Source: an uncultured Gemmatimonadales bacterium (lineage in GTDB: Bacteria > Gemmatimonadota > Gemmatimonadetes > Gemmatimonadales > Gemmatimonadaceae). Taken from it: DNA of 64,000 nt. Positions 30,445-40,178 of the stretch are shown in pieces; the stretch's first letter is position 1, and every line of letters begins with the position of its first letter. The notes below the pieces were generated by a model. That model saw only the letters and a program-made list of their open reading frames with translations, made no database searches and had not been told where the DNA came from. The DNA is taken from contig OY969695.1 of assembly GCA_963701965.1 (NCBI GenBank), positions 2,016,001 through 2,080,000 of the forward strand, written 5' to 3'. Made by a program: the position numbers and the translations under genes.

Positions 30445-32735
30445 CGCTCACGTTTCCAGTCACCGGGATGACCTGCGCCGCCTGCGCCGCGCGCATCCAG
30501 CGGGCGCTGGAGCGGGAGCCGGGCGTCGGCGAAGCGACGGTCAACCTGCTCCTGGAGAACGCGACGGTCGACTTCGACCCGGAGGCTACCGGGCCGGAGC
30601 GCCTGATCGCCGCCGTCCGCCGGACGGGGTACGATGCCGCCATGCCGGTGTCGCCCGCCACCGTCGTGGAGACGCAAGCGGCGCAGGAACGGGACGACGA
30701 GCGCGAACGCGTCGTGCTCCGGCGCAAGGCGGGCGTGAGCCTGGCGCTCGGCGCCCTGGCGATGATTCTGTCGCTGCCGCTCATGTCCGGCGCCGATCCC
30801 ATGGCGGGGTGGGTCAGCCGGCACCTCACGGCGACGGTCCACACGGCCGCGCCGTGGCTCTTCGCCATACCCCAGCCCGGGATCACCTATACCCTGCTGG
30901 GGCTCGCGCTCCTCGTCATGATCTGGGCCGGTGGCGGCATCTACCGCCGCGCGTGGATCGGGGCGCGCCATGGGTCGGCCAACATGGACACCCTGGTCGC
31001 CGTGGGCACCGGCGCGGCGTTCCTGTACTCGGTGACCGCTACGGTCGCGCCCGCACTCTTCACCAGCCGCGGACTGCCGGCCGACGTCTACTACGAAGCG
31101 GTGATCGTGATCATCGCGTTCGTGCTCACCGGCAACGCGTTCGAGGCCCGCGCCAAACGCCGCACGACCTCGGCCCTCCGGGCGCTGGCCAGCCTCGCGC
31201 CCCGGACGGCGCGCGTCCTGCGCGCATCCGAGGAGACGGACGTGCCAATCGACGCCGTGCGGCGCGGGGATACGATCGTCGTCCGCCCCGGCGAGCGGCT
31301 GCCCGTCGACGGCGAGGTCGTGAGCGGACGCACCGCCATCGACGAATCGCTGCTCACCGGCGAGTCCCGACCCAACCCCAAACAACCCGGCGATCGCGTC
31401 ATCGGGGGCAGTGTCAACGGTACCGGGAGTATCCGCTACCGCGCCACGACCCTGGGCGCCGAGAGCGTGCTGGCCCGCATCGTCGCCCTCGTGCGCGACG
31501 CGCAGGCGAGCCGCGCCCCAATCCAGCGCCTCGCCGACCGGATCAGCGGGATCTTCGTTCCGGCCGTGATCGCCCTCGCGCTCCTGACATTCCTCGTCTG
31601 GCTCGTGGCCGGCGGGCCCGGCGCCGTCGTCCACGCGTTGGCCTCGGCGGTGACCGTGCTCATCATCGCCTGCCCCTGCGCCATGGGCCTCGCGGTGCCG
31701 ACCGCGGTCATGGTCTCCACCGGCCGCGGTGCCGAACTGGGACTCCTCATCAAAGGCGGCGCCGCGCTCCAGCGCGCCGCGGACATCGACACCGTGGTGC
31801 TCGACAAGACCGGGACGCTCACCCTCGGCCAGGCCGTGGTCACCGACGTCGTCACGCTCGACGACGCGCCCGCCGAGGACGCGCTCCTCCTGGCGGCTTC
31901 ACTCGAGTCCGCCAGCGAGCATCCCCTGGCCGCAGCGCTCGTGCGCTCCGCGCGCGAACGCGGCGGCGTGCTGCAGGCGCCCGGCGCGTTCGCGTCGTTC
32001 ACCGGGCAGGGAGTAGCGGGCACAGTCGACGGACACGATGTCGCCGTGGGCAGCGCGCGGTTCATGACCGGGCGCGGGATCGCGGCCGACGCCCTCGCGT
32101 CGAGCGCCGATGAGCTGGCCGCCGAGGGCAAGACGCCGGTCTACGTCGCCATCGACGGCGCGCTCGCGGCGCTGCTTGGCGTCGCCGACCCCGTCAAGCC
32201 GACGGCCCGGGATGCCGTGACAGCCCTCCGCCGGCTCGGACTCGACGTCGTGCTACTCACCGGCGACGCCGAGGCCACGGCCCGGACCGTGGCGGCGAAC
32301 GTCGGGATCAAGACCGTGGTGGCCGGCGTGTTGCCGGACGGCAAAGTCCAAGCCGTCGCCGATCTCCAGGCGCGCGGGCACATCGTGGCCATGGTCGGCG
32401 ATGGGATCAACGACGCGCCCGCGTTGGCGCGGGCCGACGTCGGCATCGCCATGGGCGGCGGCGCCGACATTGCGGCTCAGGCGGCGGATATCGTGGTGAT
32501 GCGCGGCGATCCCCGCGCGGTCGCCCGCACCATCCGGCTGGCCCGCCGCACGATGGGGGTCATGAAGCAGAATCTCTTCTGGGCATTCGCCTACAACGTG
32601 ATCGGCATCCCGATCGCCGCTGGCGCGTTGTTTCCCGCGTTCGGTCTCGTCCTGAGCCCCATGCTGGCCAGCGCCGCCATGGCGGCCAGCTCCATCAGCG
32701 TCGTGTCCAACAGCCTCCGACTCCGCCGCGCATGA
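30441..32735 (+). CDS. copA: Cu(I)-translocating P1B ATPase
   Basis: GMTCAAC, TGES, CPC, DKTGT, SEHP, GDGIND, YN and MAASS motifs. Confidence 0.96.
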   Translation: MTLTFPVTGMTCAACAARIQRALEREPGVGEATVNLLLENATVDFDPEATGPERLIAAVRRTGYDAAMPVSPATVVETQAAQERDDERERVVLRRKAGVSLALGALAMILSLPLMSGADPMAGWVSRHLTATVHTAAPWLFAIPQPGITYTLLGLALLVMIWAGGGIYRRAWIGARHGSANMDTLVAVGTGAAFLYSVTATVAPALFTSRGLPADVYYEAVIVIIAFVLTGNAFEARAKRRTTSALRALASLAPRTARVLRASEETDVPIDAVRRGDTIVVRPGERLPVDGEVVSGRTAIDESLLTGESRPNPKQPGDRVIGGSVNGTGSIRYRATTLGAESVLARIVALVRDAQASRAPIQRLADRISGIFVPAVIALALLTFLVWLVAGGPGAVVHALASAVTVLIIACPCAMGLAVPTAVMVSTGRGAELGLLIKGGAALQRAADIDTVVLDKTGTLTLGQAVVTDVVTLDDAPAEDALLLAASLESASEHPLAAALVRSARERGGVLQAPGAFASFTGQGVAGTVDGHDVAVGSARFMTGRGIAADALASSADELAAEGKTPVYVAIDGALAALLGVADPVKPTARDAVTALRRLGLDVVLLTGDAEATARTVAANVGIKTVVAGVLPDGKVQAVADLQARGHIVAMVGDGINDAPALARADVGIAMGGGADIAAQAADIVVMRGDPRAVARTIRLARRTMGVMKQNLFWAFAYNVIGIPIAAGALFPAFGLVLSPMLASAAMAASSISVVSNSLRLRRA

Positions 32736-33028
32736 GTCCCCGCAAAGCCGTCGGCGTCACGCCGAGCACTCAGGATCGCACCATCAAACGCCTCCGGCGG
32801 ATCGAGGGTCAGGTCCGGGGCCTCCAACGCATGGTCGCCGACGAGCGCTACTGCGCGGACATCCTGACCCAGCTCTCGTCCGTGCACGAAGCCCTGCGCG
32901 CCGTGGGGCGCGAGCTCATGCGCAACCATCTGGAGCACTGCGCGACGGCAGCGATCCGGGGCACCACCGAGCAGGCGTCCGCGATGTACGATGAGCTGCT
33001 GGAGCTCATCTACACGCACAGTCGTTAG
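32732..33028 (+). CDS. csoR: CsoR/RcnR family metal-sensing repressor
   Basis: RLRRIEGQVRGL, YCADIL and NHLEHC. Confidence 0.92.
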   Translation: MSPRKAVGVTPSTQDRTIKRLRRIEGQVRGLQRMVADERYCADILTQLSSVHEALRAVGRELMRNHLEHCATAAIRGTTEQASAMYDELLELIYTHSR

Positions 33029-34755
33029 CGCCCGCCGTCCTCGCCGACCCGGCGCTCGTACGCGCTCAGAATGTGCGCCCGGCTGATCATCCCGACAAGC
33101 CGGTCGCCGTCCACGACGGGCACGGCCGCCGCGCCGCGGGCGCCCATGCGGCGCAAGGCGCTCATGAGGGACTCGTCCGGGCCGACGGTCTCCGACGTCT
33201 GCGAGATATCGATCGCCCGCAGCAGCGGATCGATGTCCCGCGCCGCGGCCGCGACGCGTCCGAGATCGCCCGTGGTGACGACGCCGATGAGGCGCCGCTC
33301 GGCATCGACGACGGGAAAGACGGATTGGTCGGAATACCGGAGATGCGCGACCAGCACGGCGACCGGGGCCCCTTCGTCGATCGCGGCGGGCGCTGGATCG
33401 TATGCATCACGCACGTGGAGGCCGCTCAACACGTCCTGGTCGGCGCCGTGCTCGATCGACTCGCCGCGGCGCCGCAGCCACCCGCTGTACAGCGAATCTG
33501 GCTCCAACCGCCGGGCGACGACGTGGGCGATCACCACCGTCAGCATGAGCGGCAGTACGATCGCGTAGTCGCCGGTCATCTCGAACACGAGCAGGATGCC
33601 GGTAATCGGCGCGTCGGTCGCGCCGGCGATCATGGCGCCCATCCCGACGAGCGCATAGGCCTCCGGATGCACACCGAGGCCGGGGAAAAGCCGCTCCAGC
33701 AAGGCGCCGAGGCCGCCGCCGGTCGCGGCGCCGACGTAGAGTGACGGCGTAAACACGCCGCCCGATCCGCCGCCGTTGAGCGTGATCGATGTCGCGATGA
33801 TGCCACCGCCGGCCAACGCCAGGAGCAGGTACCACGGGAGACGGCCGAACATCTCGACGTGGATCGCCAAGTGTCCGTAGCCCACGAGGAGACCACCGGA
33901 GAGCCATACGAGCGCGCCGACGAGCGCGCCGGCTAGCAGCGGCACGACGGGCGCCGGAAGCCGGGCCCGCAAGCGCTTGGCGATGGCGTCCGTCGCGAAG
34001 TACGTCCGCACGAAGAGGACGGCGACCAGACCGATCACCACGCCCAGGACCGGGAACGCCAGCAAGACTTCGCCGATGGAGCCGTAGCCGTACGGCGCGG
34101 GAATCGGGAACGCGGGATGGTTGCCGAACACCGCGCGGGAGACGACGGCGGCAACGACGCTGGAGACCACGACCGGCGAGAAGGATCCCACGGCCAGCGA
34201 CCCCACGATCTCCTCGAGCGCGAAGAACGCGCCGGCCAACGGCGCATTGAACGCGGCGCTGATGGCGGCGCCGCACGCGCACCCGACGAAGACGACGACG
34301 CGCTCGGGCGTGAAGCGGAACGCTTTGCCGAGGGCCGAGCCAATGGCGGCGCCGAGGACCACGACGGGACCCTCGCTGCCGGCGGACGCGCCGCTCCCGA
34401 TCGTGATGGCGCTGGCCAGCGTGCGGGCCAGCGCCGGACGGGTGGCCACATCGCCCCCGCGTCGCACCACCGCGAGTTGCACGTCGGGCACATTCATGCC
34501 GTCGTGTCCGCGCCCCAGGCGGCGCATGATCCACCAGGCGACGACCATCCCGACGCCGGTCATGAGCGGCCGGTAGACTAGGTCGCTCTCCCGGCTCAGG
34601 AACGCGATATAGGAGAGATCGATCGCGCGGTAGAAGGCGACGACGCCCAGCGCGCTGAGCACGCCGATGAGGACGGCAAAGCCGAGCAGGATCGCGTGTT
34701 CGCTGAGCTCCTGCGCGTTGAACCATTCGACGAATCGGCGCCAGGCGCGTCGCAT
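33025..34755 (-). CDS. Second ClC chloride channel/transporter with CBS pair
   Basis: GMNVP, GSEGP, AFNAPLAG, GGSGGVFTP and FEMTGDY, followed by CBS domains. Confidence 0.93.
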   Translation of the reverse strand: MRRAWRRFVEWFNAQELSEHAILLGFAVLIGVLSALGVVAFYRAIDLSYIAFLSRESDLVYRPLMTGVGMVVAWWIMRRLGRGHDGMNVPDVQLAVVRRGGDVATRPALARTLASAITIGSGASAGSEGPVVVLGAAIGSALGKAFRFTPERVVVFVGCACGAAISAAFNAPLAGAFFALEEIVGSLAVGSFSPVVVSSVVAAVVSRAVFGNHPAFPIPAPYGYGSIGEVLLAFPVLGVVIGLVAVLFVRTYFATDAIAKRLRARLPAPVVPLLAGALVGALVWLSGGLLVGYGHLAIHVEMFGRLPWYLLLALAGGGIIATSITLNGGGSGGVFTPSLYVGAATGGGLGALLERLFPGLGVHPEAYALVGMGAMIAGATDAPITGILLVFEMTGDYAIVLPLMLTVVIAHVVARRLEPDSLYSGWLRRRGESIEHGADQDVLSGLHVRDAYDPAPAAIDEGAPVAVLVAHLRYSDQSVFPVVDAERRLIGVVTTGDLGRVAAAARDIDPLLRAIDISQTSETVGPDESLMSALRRMGARGAAAVPVVDGDRLVGMISRAHILSAYERRVGEDGGR

Positions 34756-34793
34756 TGTGTGCAATGTATCGGGGCCGATGTAACTTGCGCCGC

Positions 34794-35282
34794 ATGAGCG
34801 GGGTGAAGGAGAGCGACGTCCGGGCGACGCTCGACGCGATCCGTCGCCTGGTGCAGTCCCTGCGCGCGAGCGCCCGGCGCTCGAAAGCGGTCTCAGGACT
34901 GACGACCGCCGAGTTGTTCGTGGTGCACGCCCTGGTCGAGTCGCCGGCGCGGTCCCTCAATGAGCTGGCGGCGCGGACCTACACCGACCAGAGCACGGCG
35001 TCGCCCATTGTCGAGCGGTTGCGGCATCGGGGTCTCCTCCGACGCGAGCGGTCGGCCGACGACGGCCGGCGGGTCGTCATCGCGCTCACCGCGGCGGGCC
35101 GGGCGGCGGTGTCGCGGTTGCCGGAGTCGCCGCAGAGCGCGATGATCGCGGCGCTCGAGCGGCTGCCGCTCCGCGAGCGCCGCGCGTTGGCGCGCGGCCT
35201 CACGGCGCTGATCTCCGAGATGGGGCTGTCGGAAAAACGGCCGACAATGTTGTTCGACGAGCCGGCGTCGGGCGGTCGCTGA
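34794..35282 (+). CDS. MarR family regulator, divergent from the ClC gene
   Basis: SLNELAARTYTDQSTAS..DGRRVVIALTAAG. Confidence 0.9.
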   Translation: MSGVKESDVRATLDAIRRLVQSLRASARRSKAVSGLTTAELFVVHALVESPARSLNELAARTYTDQSTASPIVERLRHRGLLRRERSADDGRRVVIALTAAGRAAVSRLPESPQSAMIAALERLPLRERRALARGLTALISEMGLSEKRPTMLFDEPASGGR

Positions 35283-35300
35283 GCGGCGCGCCGGCGCCGG

Positions 35301-35858
35301 CTACTGGCCCTGGGGCGCGGTCAGGGCGCTGCCGCCCGCCGTGATCTCGAACTGATCGTTGCGATTTTGGGACCACGACTGCTCGTTGTCCCCCTGGGCG
35401 ATCGGACGCTCCTTCCCATAGCTGATGGTCGCGATCCGCGCGCCGGCGATCCCATGTTCGCCCAGGTACCGCTTCGCGGCCTCGGCCCGCCGCTGCCCCA
35501 GGACGAGGTTGTACTCGTCGGAGCCGCGATCGTCGCAGTTGCCGGCGACGCGGAGGGCCAAGCCGGGGTTGGCGGCGAGGATCGGCACCTTGGCATCCAG
35601 CGTCGTCTGGTCGTCCGCGGTCAGGCTCAATGCGTTGAACGCGAAGTACGTCATCTGCCCCACGACGGCGCGCAGAGCGGCGAGCCGCGAGGCGCCGCCA
35701 TCATCGCTCGCCGTGCGCACGACAGCGGCGGGCGCGGGCGCGGCAGGCGCCGGCAGCGCGGGCGCGGGGGCCGGCGCGGCGGCGACCGGCGCGGGATGAT
35801 GGGCGCAACCAACCACGAGTCCAACCGTGAGCACGAGCGGCAGCACACGCGCAGACAT
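35301..35858 (-). CDS. OmpA/Pal-like peptidoglycan-associated lipoprotein
   Basis: Lipobox VVGC; CDDRGSDEYNLVLGQRRA and ISYGKERP. Confidence 0.9.
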   Translation of the reverse strand: MSARVLPLVLTVGLVVGCAHHPAPVAAAPAPAPALPAPAAPAPAAVVRTASDDGGASRLAALRAVVGQMTYFAFNALSLTADDQTTLDAKVPILAANPGLALRVAGNCDDRGSDEYNLVLGQRRAEAAKRYLGEHGIAGARIATISYGKERPIAQGDNEQSWSQNRNDQFEITAGGSALTAPQGQ

Positions 35859-35974
35859 GAAAGGCTCCGTTTATATTGATGTCAATCTAATAAGGTCGGG
35901 CCCGGTTCGCCAGACTGACCATGGCCCTTCGCATCGCCCTGGCACGGCGTCGTTTTCACTGCTTTCATAGACGG

Positions 35975-37324
35975 GTGCTGTTTCAGCGAATCTTCGAAGG
36001 GAAGCTGGCCCAGGCGAGCTTCCTCGTCGGCTGCACACGCACGGGTCAGGCGCTGGTGGTGGACCCGACGCGCGCGGTCGATCAGTACATCCAGGCCGCC
36101 GAGGCGGCCGGCGTGCGCATCACGCACGTCACGGAGTCGCACATCCACGCCGACTTCGTGTCGGGAAGTCGCGATCTGGCGGCGCGCACCGGCGCGCGCC
36201 TTTTGCTCCCCGCGCGCGGCGACTATGGCTTCCCCGGTACGCCGCTCGCCGGCGGCGATACGTTCGCGCTCGGTGACCTCCGCGTCAATGTGCTGGACAC
36301 GCCCGGGCACACGCCAGAGCACCTGACGTTCCTGCTCACCGACATCACGTCCGGCGATCGTCCGTGGGCCGCGCTCACCGGCGACTTCCTGTTCGTCGGC
36401 AATGTCGGCCGTCCGGACTTGCTGGAGCGGGCTGCACGCATACCGGGGGCGGCTGTCGTCGGCGCGGAGGCGCTCCACGCGTCGCTGCAACGCTTTCGGG
36501 CGCTCCCCTGCGACCTGCAGATCTGGCCGGGCCACGGCGCGGGCTCGGCCTGCGGCAAGGCGCTGAGCGCGGCGCCCAGCGCAACGCTCCGCGCCGAGAT
36601 TGTGGGCAACTGGGCGTTTCAGCTCGGCAATGTCGCGACGTTCACCGCCGAGGTCCTCGCCGGTCAACCGGAACCGCCGCGCTACTTCGCGGTGATGAAG
36701 CGCGTCAACCGCGAGGGACTCCCTCCGCTTGCCGCGCTCCCCAACCCGCCCGCGTTCGATCGCGCGCCCGCGGGCGCTGTCACGATCGACATTCGCGCGA
36801 CGAGCGGACTGGTGCCGGGTTCGCTCAAGATCCCGTTGTCCAACGCGTTCCCCACCCGGGCGGGCTCGGTCGTGCCCTACGACGCCGACATCGCGCTCCT
36901 CGCCGCCGACGCGGCCACCGCCCGCGAGGCCGCGCGCGACCTGTCGCTCATCGGGCTTGATCGCGTCGTCGGATGGCTGGCGCCCGGGGGCGCCGAGATC
37001 CCGATGCCGTCGATCGACATCAATGCCCTCGCCGTCATGCTGCGCGCGGGGTCGGTGACGCTGATCAATGTCCGCGATCCGGCGGAGTGGCAGGCGGGCC
37101 ACATCGAAGGGGCCATCCACCTTCCGTTGGCGACGCTCGCCGACCACATCGCGGAAATCCCGACGGGACGTCCGGTGGCGGTGCACTGCCAGGGCGGCGC
37201 ACGGTCGGTCACGGCGGCCAGCGTGCTATCGGCCCACGGCGTGCGCGACGTGCGCAACGTGGCCGGTGGGTTCGCCGCCTGGCAGGGCGCCGGAAAGCGC
37301 GTCCGTCGCGACGATAGGGACTAG
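35975..37324 (+). CDS. MBL-fold hydrolase fused to rhodanese domains (persulfide dioxygenase/sulfurtransferase-like)
   Basis: SHIHADFVSG, TPGHTPEH, PGHGAGSACG, GHIEGA and HCQGGARS. Confidence 0.92.
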   Translation: MLFQRIFEGKLAQASFLVGCTRTGQALVVDPTRAVDQYIQAAEAAGVRITHVTESHIHADFVSGSRDLAARTGARLLLPARGDYGFPGTPLAGGDTFALGDLRVNVLDTPGHTPEHLTFLLTDITSGDRPWAALTGDFLFVGNVGRPDLLERAARIPGAAVVGAEALHASLQRFRALPCDLQIWPGHGAGSACGKALSAAPSATLRAEIVGNWAFQLGNVATFTAEVLAGQPEPPRYFAVMKRVNREGLPPLAALPNPPAFDRAPAGAVTIDIRATSGLVPGSLKIPLSNAFPTRAGSVVPYDADIALLAADAATAREAARDLSLIGLDRVVGWLAPGGAEIPMPSIDINALAVMLRAGSVTLINVRDPAEWQAGHIEGAIHLPLATLADHIAEIPTGRPVAVHCQGGARSVTAASVLSAHGVRDVRNVAGGFAAWQGAGKRVRRDDRD

Positions 37325-38922
37325 GGCTGGGGGCTATTGAGCGCTTGGAAGGCCCGATAGGCGTTCACAATGCCGCCGGTCGTCGACAGCGACGAAAACG
37401 GCACGCGCTCCCCGTTGGTGGAACCCGGTCGCACCACCATCTGGTCATACCGCGTCGCCGATTTGAGGATGACCTTCTTGAGGTCGGCAGCCGAGAGATC
37501 GGGATAGTAATCCAGGATGAGCGCCGCCAGGCCCGTGACCACCGGCGCCGCCATACTCGTCCCGCTATCGCGCTCGTACGTGTTGCCAGGCACCGTCGAC
37601 AGGATATCGACGCCCGGCGCGAAGACGTCCACGCGGCTCTGACTATAGTTGCTGAACGACGCCGCCAAGCTGTCGCCGCCGGACCACGACGACGCGCCGA
37701 CTTCGATCCAGTTCCGGGCGTGCCCGCTGTCGGCGTACGCCGGCGTCGGAAAGTTCGCATGCGTGTCCAGGTTCTCGCCGTCGTTGCCGGCGGCGTGGAC
37801 CATGAGCACGTTGTGGGCATCGGCGTACCGCACGGCCTCGTCCACCGCACCCTTCTCCGGCGAGTACCCTTTCCCGAAGCTCATGTTGATCACGCGCGCG
37901 CCGTGGTCGACGGCGTAGCGGATCGCGTTGGCGATGTCCTTGTCGCGCTCGTCGCCGTCCGGCACCGCGCGGATCATCATGATGTGCACCGCGGGCGCGA
38001 TCCCGTCGATGCCCACCCCGTTGCCGCGCACCGCGCCGATGATGCCGGACACGTGGGTCCCGTGCTTGGCATCCGGGCCCATGACATCGCTGTTGCCGTA
38101 GTGCGACTGGTGCACATCGGCGTAGTTGTCGCCGACAATGGGCCGCGGGTCGAACGACGTATTGAGCGCATAGTCGAGGCGCGACTGCAACTGGGTGATC
38201 GCGTCGGCGATCGCGGCGGCGGTCGCGCCGTGCGTCTCCAACGCCAAGTAGATCTGCCGCGCGCGCCCGATGGTGCTGTCGGTCGGATCGAGCGCTTGCA
38301 CGCTACCGACGCTCAGCGAATCCGTCCGCATCTGCTGCCGCAACACATCGGTCGCCCGCTGGCGCGCGCTGGAGAGCTCCTTGAGCTGCTGCAACTGCCG
38401 CTCGGCCTGGCCATGCCGCGCCGCCAGATCGCTCTCCAGGTGCGTGCACTGCGACGCCAGTGTCGTCGGCAACGTATCCGGACCGCTGGCCTGTTGGTGG
38501 CGGCAGCGGATCACCAGCCGCGTCAGCTCATACGTGTCCCAATGGACGTCGCGCCCGTCGGCGCCGCCAATGAAGTCCCACCCACGCTGGGCGTTGAGAT
38601 TGGCGCGCAGATCGGCGTGCGCGGTGTCAATGCCGCCGTCGATGACGGCCACGACGACGGGCGCTTTGGGCGCCCGGCCCGCAAGCAGCTCCTTCTCGGC
38701 CCGCGCGACGCTGATGCCCGGCACGTGATCGACGCTCTCATCGAGCAACTGCCAGTCGCGCGGCGCTTCCTTGAGTCCCGACGAGGGCGCGGCGCTCGGC
38801 GCGGCGGGTGCCACGGCCACCGGCGCCGGGTGGGGCGTGGTCGACGGCGCGGTCGAATGACAGGCGCCGACGAGGATCAGAATGGTGGCGAGCCAGACGG
38901 CAGAGACGGGACGGGGCATCAT
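37321..38922 (-). CDS. S8 (subtilisin) serine peptidase lipoprotein
   Basis: Catalytic triad motifs VAVIDGG, HGTHVSG and SGTSMAAP; lipobox VGAC. Confidence 0.94.
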   Translation of the reverse strand: MMPRPVSAVWLATILILVGACHSTAPSTTPHPAPVAVAPAAPSAAPSSGLKEAPRDWQLLDESVDHVPGISVARAEKELLAGRAPKAPVVVAVIDGGIDTAHADLRANLNAQRGWDFIGGADGRDVHWDTYELTRLVIRCRHQQASGPDTLPTTLASQCTHLESDLAARHGQAERQLQQLKELSSARQRATDVLRQQMRTDSLSVGSVQALDPTDSTIGRARQIYLALETHGATAAAIADAITQLQSRLDYALNTSFDPRPIVGDNYADVHQSHYGNSDVMGPDAKHGTHVSGIIGAVRGNGVGIDGIAPAVHIMMIRAVPDGDERDKDIANAIRYAVDHGARVINMSFGKGYSPEKGAVDEAVRYADAHNVLMVHAAGNDGENLDTHANFPTPAYADSGHARNWIEVGASSWSGGDSLAASFSNYSQSRVDVFAPGVDILSTVPGNTYERDSGTSMAAPVVTGLAALILDYYPDLSAADLKKVILKSATRYDQMVVRPGSTNGERVPFSSLSTTGGIVNAYRAFQALNSPQP

Positions 38923-38937
38923 GCCCCAAGATAATCG

Positions 38938-40149
38938 TCAGCCCGCGCGTCGGAGGAAGATCATCGAGTTGGCGCCGACCGGATCGTCCTCGAAGTAAAT
39001 CGTGCCGGCCTTGAGGCCGAGTACGCTCTCGACATTGAAGTGGCTTGCGCACCGGGTGCGCAACTCGTCGAGGCTGAACTCGTGTATGTGCGCTGGCGTC
39101 AGGGGAATCCGGCCAATGCGGTTCTGCGGCGTCGACACGATCACCCGGCCGCCGGGCTTCACGACACGGCGGAGCTCGGCGAGATACCTGTCGACGTCGT
39201 CCATGTGCTCAATGGTCTCCAGGCTCACCGCGACATCGAAAGAAGCGTCCGGGAAACTCATACGCATCACGTCTTCGTGCGCGAACGACAGATTGGCCCG
39301 TGGGCACAGGCGCCGGCCTTCCGCCAACTTCCCTTCGTCGAGATCGGCGCAGACCACCGCCGCGGCGCTGCCGGCCAGGATGTCGCCCCCGAAGCCCTTG
39401 CCCGACGCGATGTCGAGCACGCGGTCGGTCGGCCGAAGACGTCGACCCACGAGGACGTAATGAAAGGAGATCTGGTCGCCGGCGGCGATGGCCTTGCCCG
39501 TGACTTCGATGTGATCCTCGTCGAACGCCCGGGCCAGCGACGCCCGTATCGTCCGGAGCGTCTCGTCGGCGATCGGTCCCGGCTCGACGATGCGGGACGC
39601 GAGCCCCGAGTCCTGGCGCATGGCGAGGAACTTGGGATGGACGTAGTGCGGCGCCGCGCGATCGGTCGGCCAGGCGAGCATCCGGTCGACGTGCCGGAGC
39701 GCGCCGACCCGCCACACATCTCCGGTCAGCGGCGGCGGGAAGTCATCCGGCGACTTCGCGATGTCGAGATGCCCCGTGCGCACGGCCTCGAGGAGTCCGG
39801 CGATGACGGACTCCTGAAAGAAGCTGTGCAGCCCGTCGATCCGCAGAATCGTGGCGTCGTCGTCGAGATCCCCGGTCGCCGCGATCATGCGCTGGAGGGG
39901 CTTGGCGTCGAACCCGTACCGCACCGTGCAACCGGCGACAGCCGCGGCGATGGAGTCCAGTCCTCCGCGGTCGAATTCCGGCGCGCACAAACGGATCGGC
40001 GTGCGGGGAAAGAGCGCCCGGGCGCGCTCCAGGGTGCGGAGCACGAGCGGCTTGCCGTCGAGGGGATGCATGCAGCGGTCTGTCCCGCCCGACCAGGAGC
40101 GCGAGCTGGCCTGGACGAGAATCGCCGCGGGATCGAGACCGTTCGACAT
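38938..40149 (-). CDS. Fusion of SpsF/cytidylyltransferase-like domain and class I SAM methyltransferase
   Basis: N-terminal AILVQA..PLDGKPLV..ILRIDG. C-terminal VLDIASGKGFG, SFDVAVSLETIEH and KPGGRVIVSTP. Confidence 0.75.
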   Translation of the reverse strand: MSNGLDPAAILVQASSRSWSGGTDRCMHPLDGKPLVLRTLERARALFPRTPIRLCAPEFDRGGLDSIAAAVAGCTVRYGFDAKPLQRMIAATGDLDDDATILRIDGLHSFFQESVIAGLLEAVRTGHLDIAKSPDDFPPPLTGDVWRVGALRHVDRMLAWPTDRAAPHYVHPKFLAMRQDSGLASRIVEPGPIADETLRTIRASLARAFDEDHIEVTGKAIAAGDQISFHYVLVGRRLRPTDRVLDIASGKGFGGDILAGSAAAVVCADLDEGKLAEGRRLCPRANLSFAHEDVMRMSFPDASFDVAVSLETIEHMDDVDRYLAELRRVVKPGGRVIVSTPQNRIGRIPLTPAHIHEFSLDELRTRCASHFNVESVLGLKAGTIYFEDDPVGANSMIFLRRAG

Positions 40150-40178
40150 GCCCCCGGACGATGGAGCGCCGGAGACCG

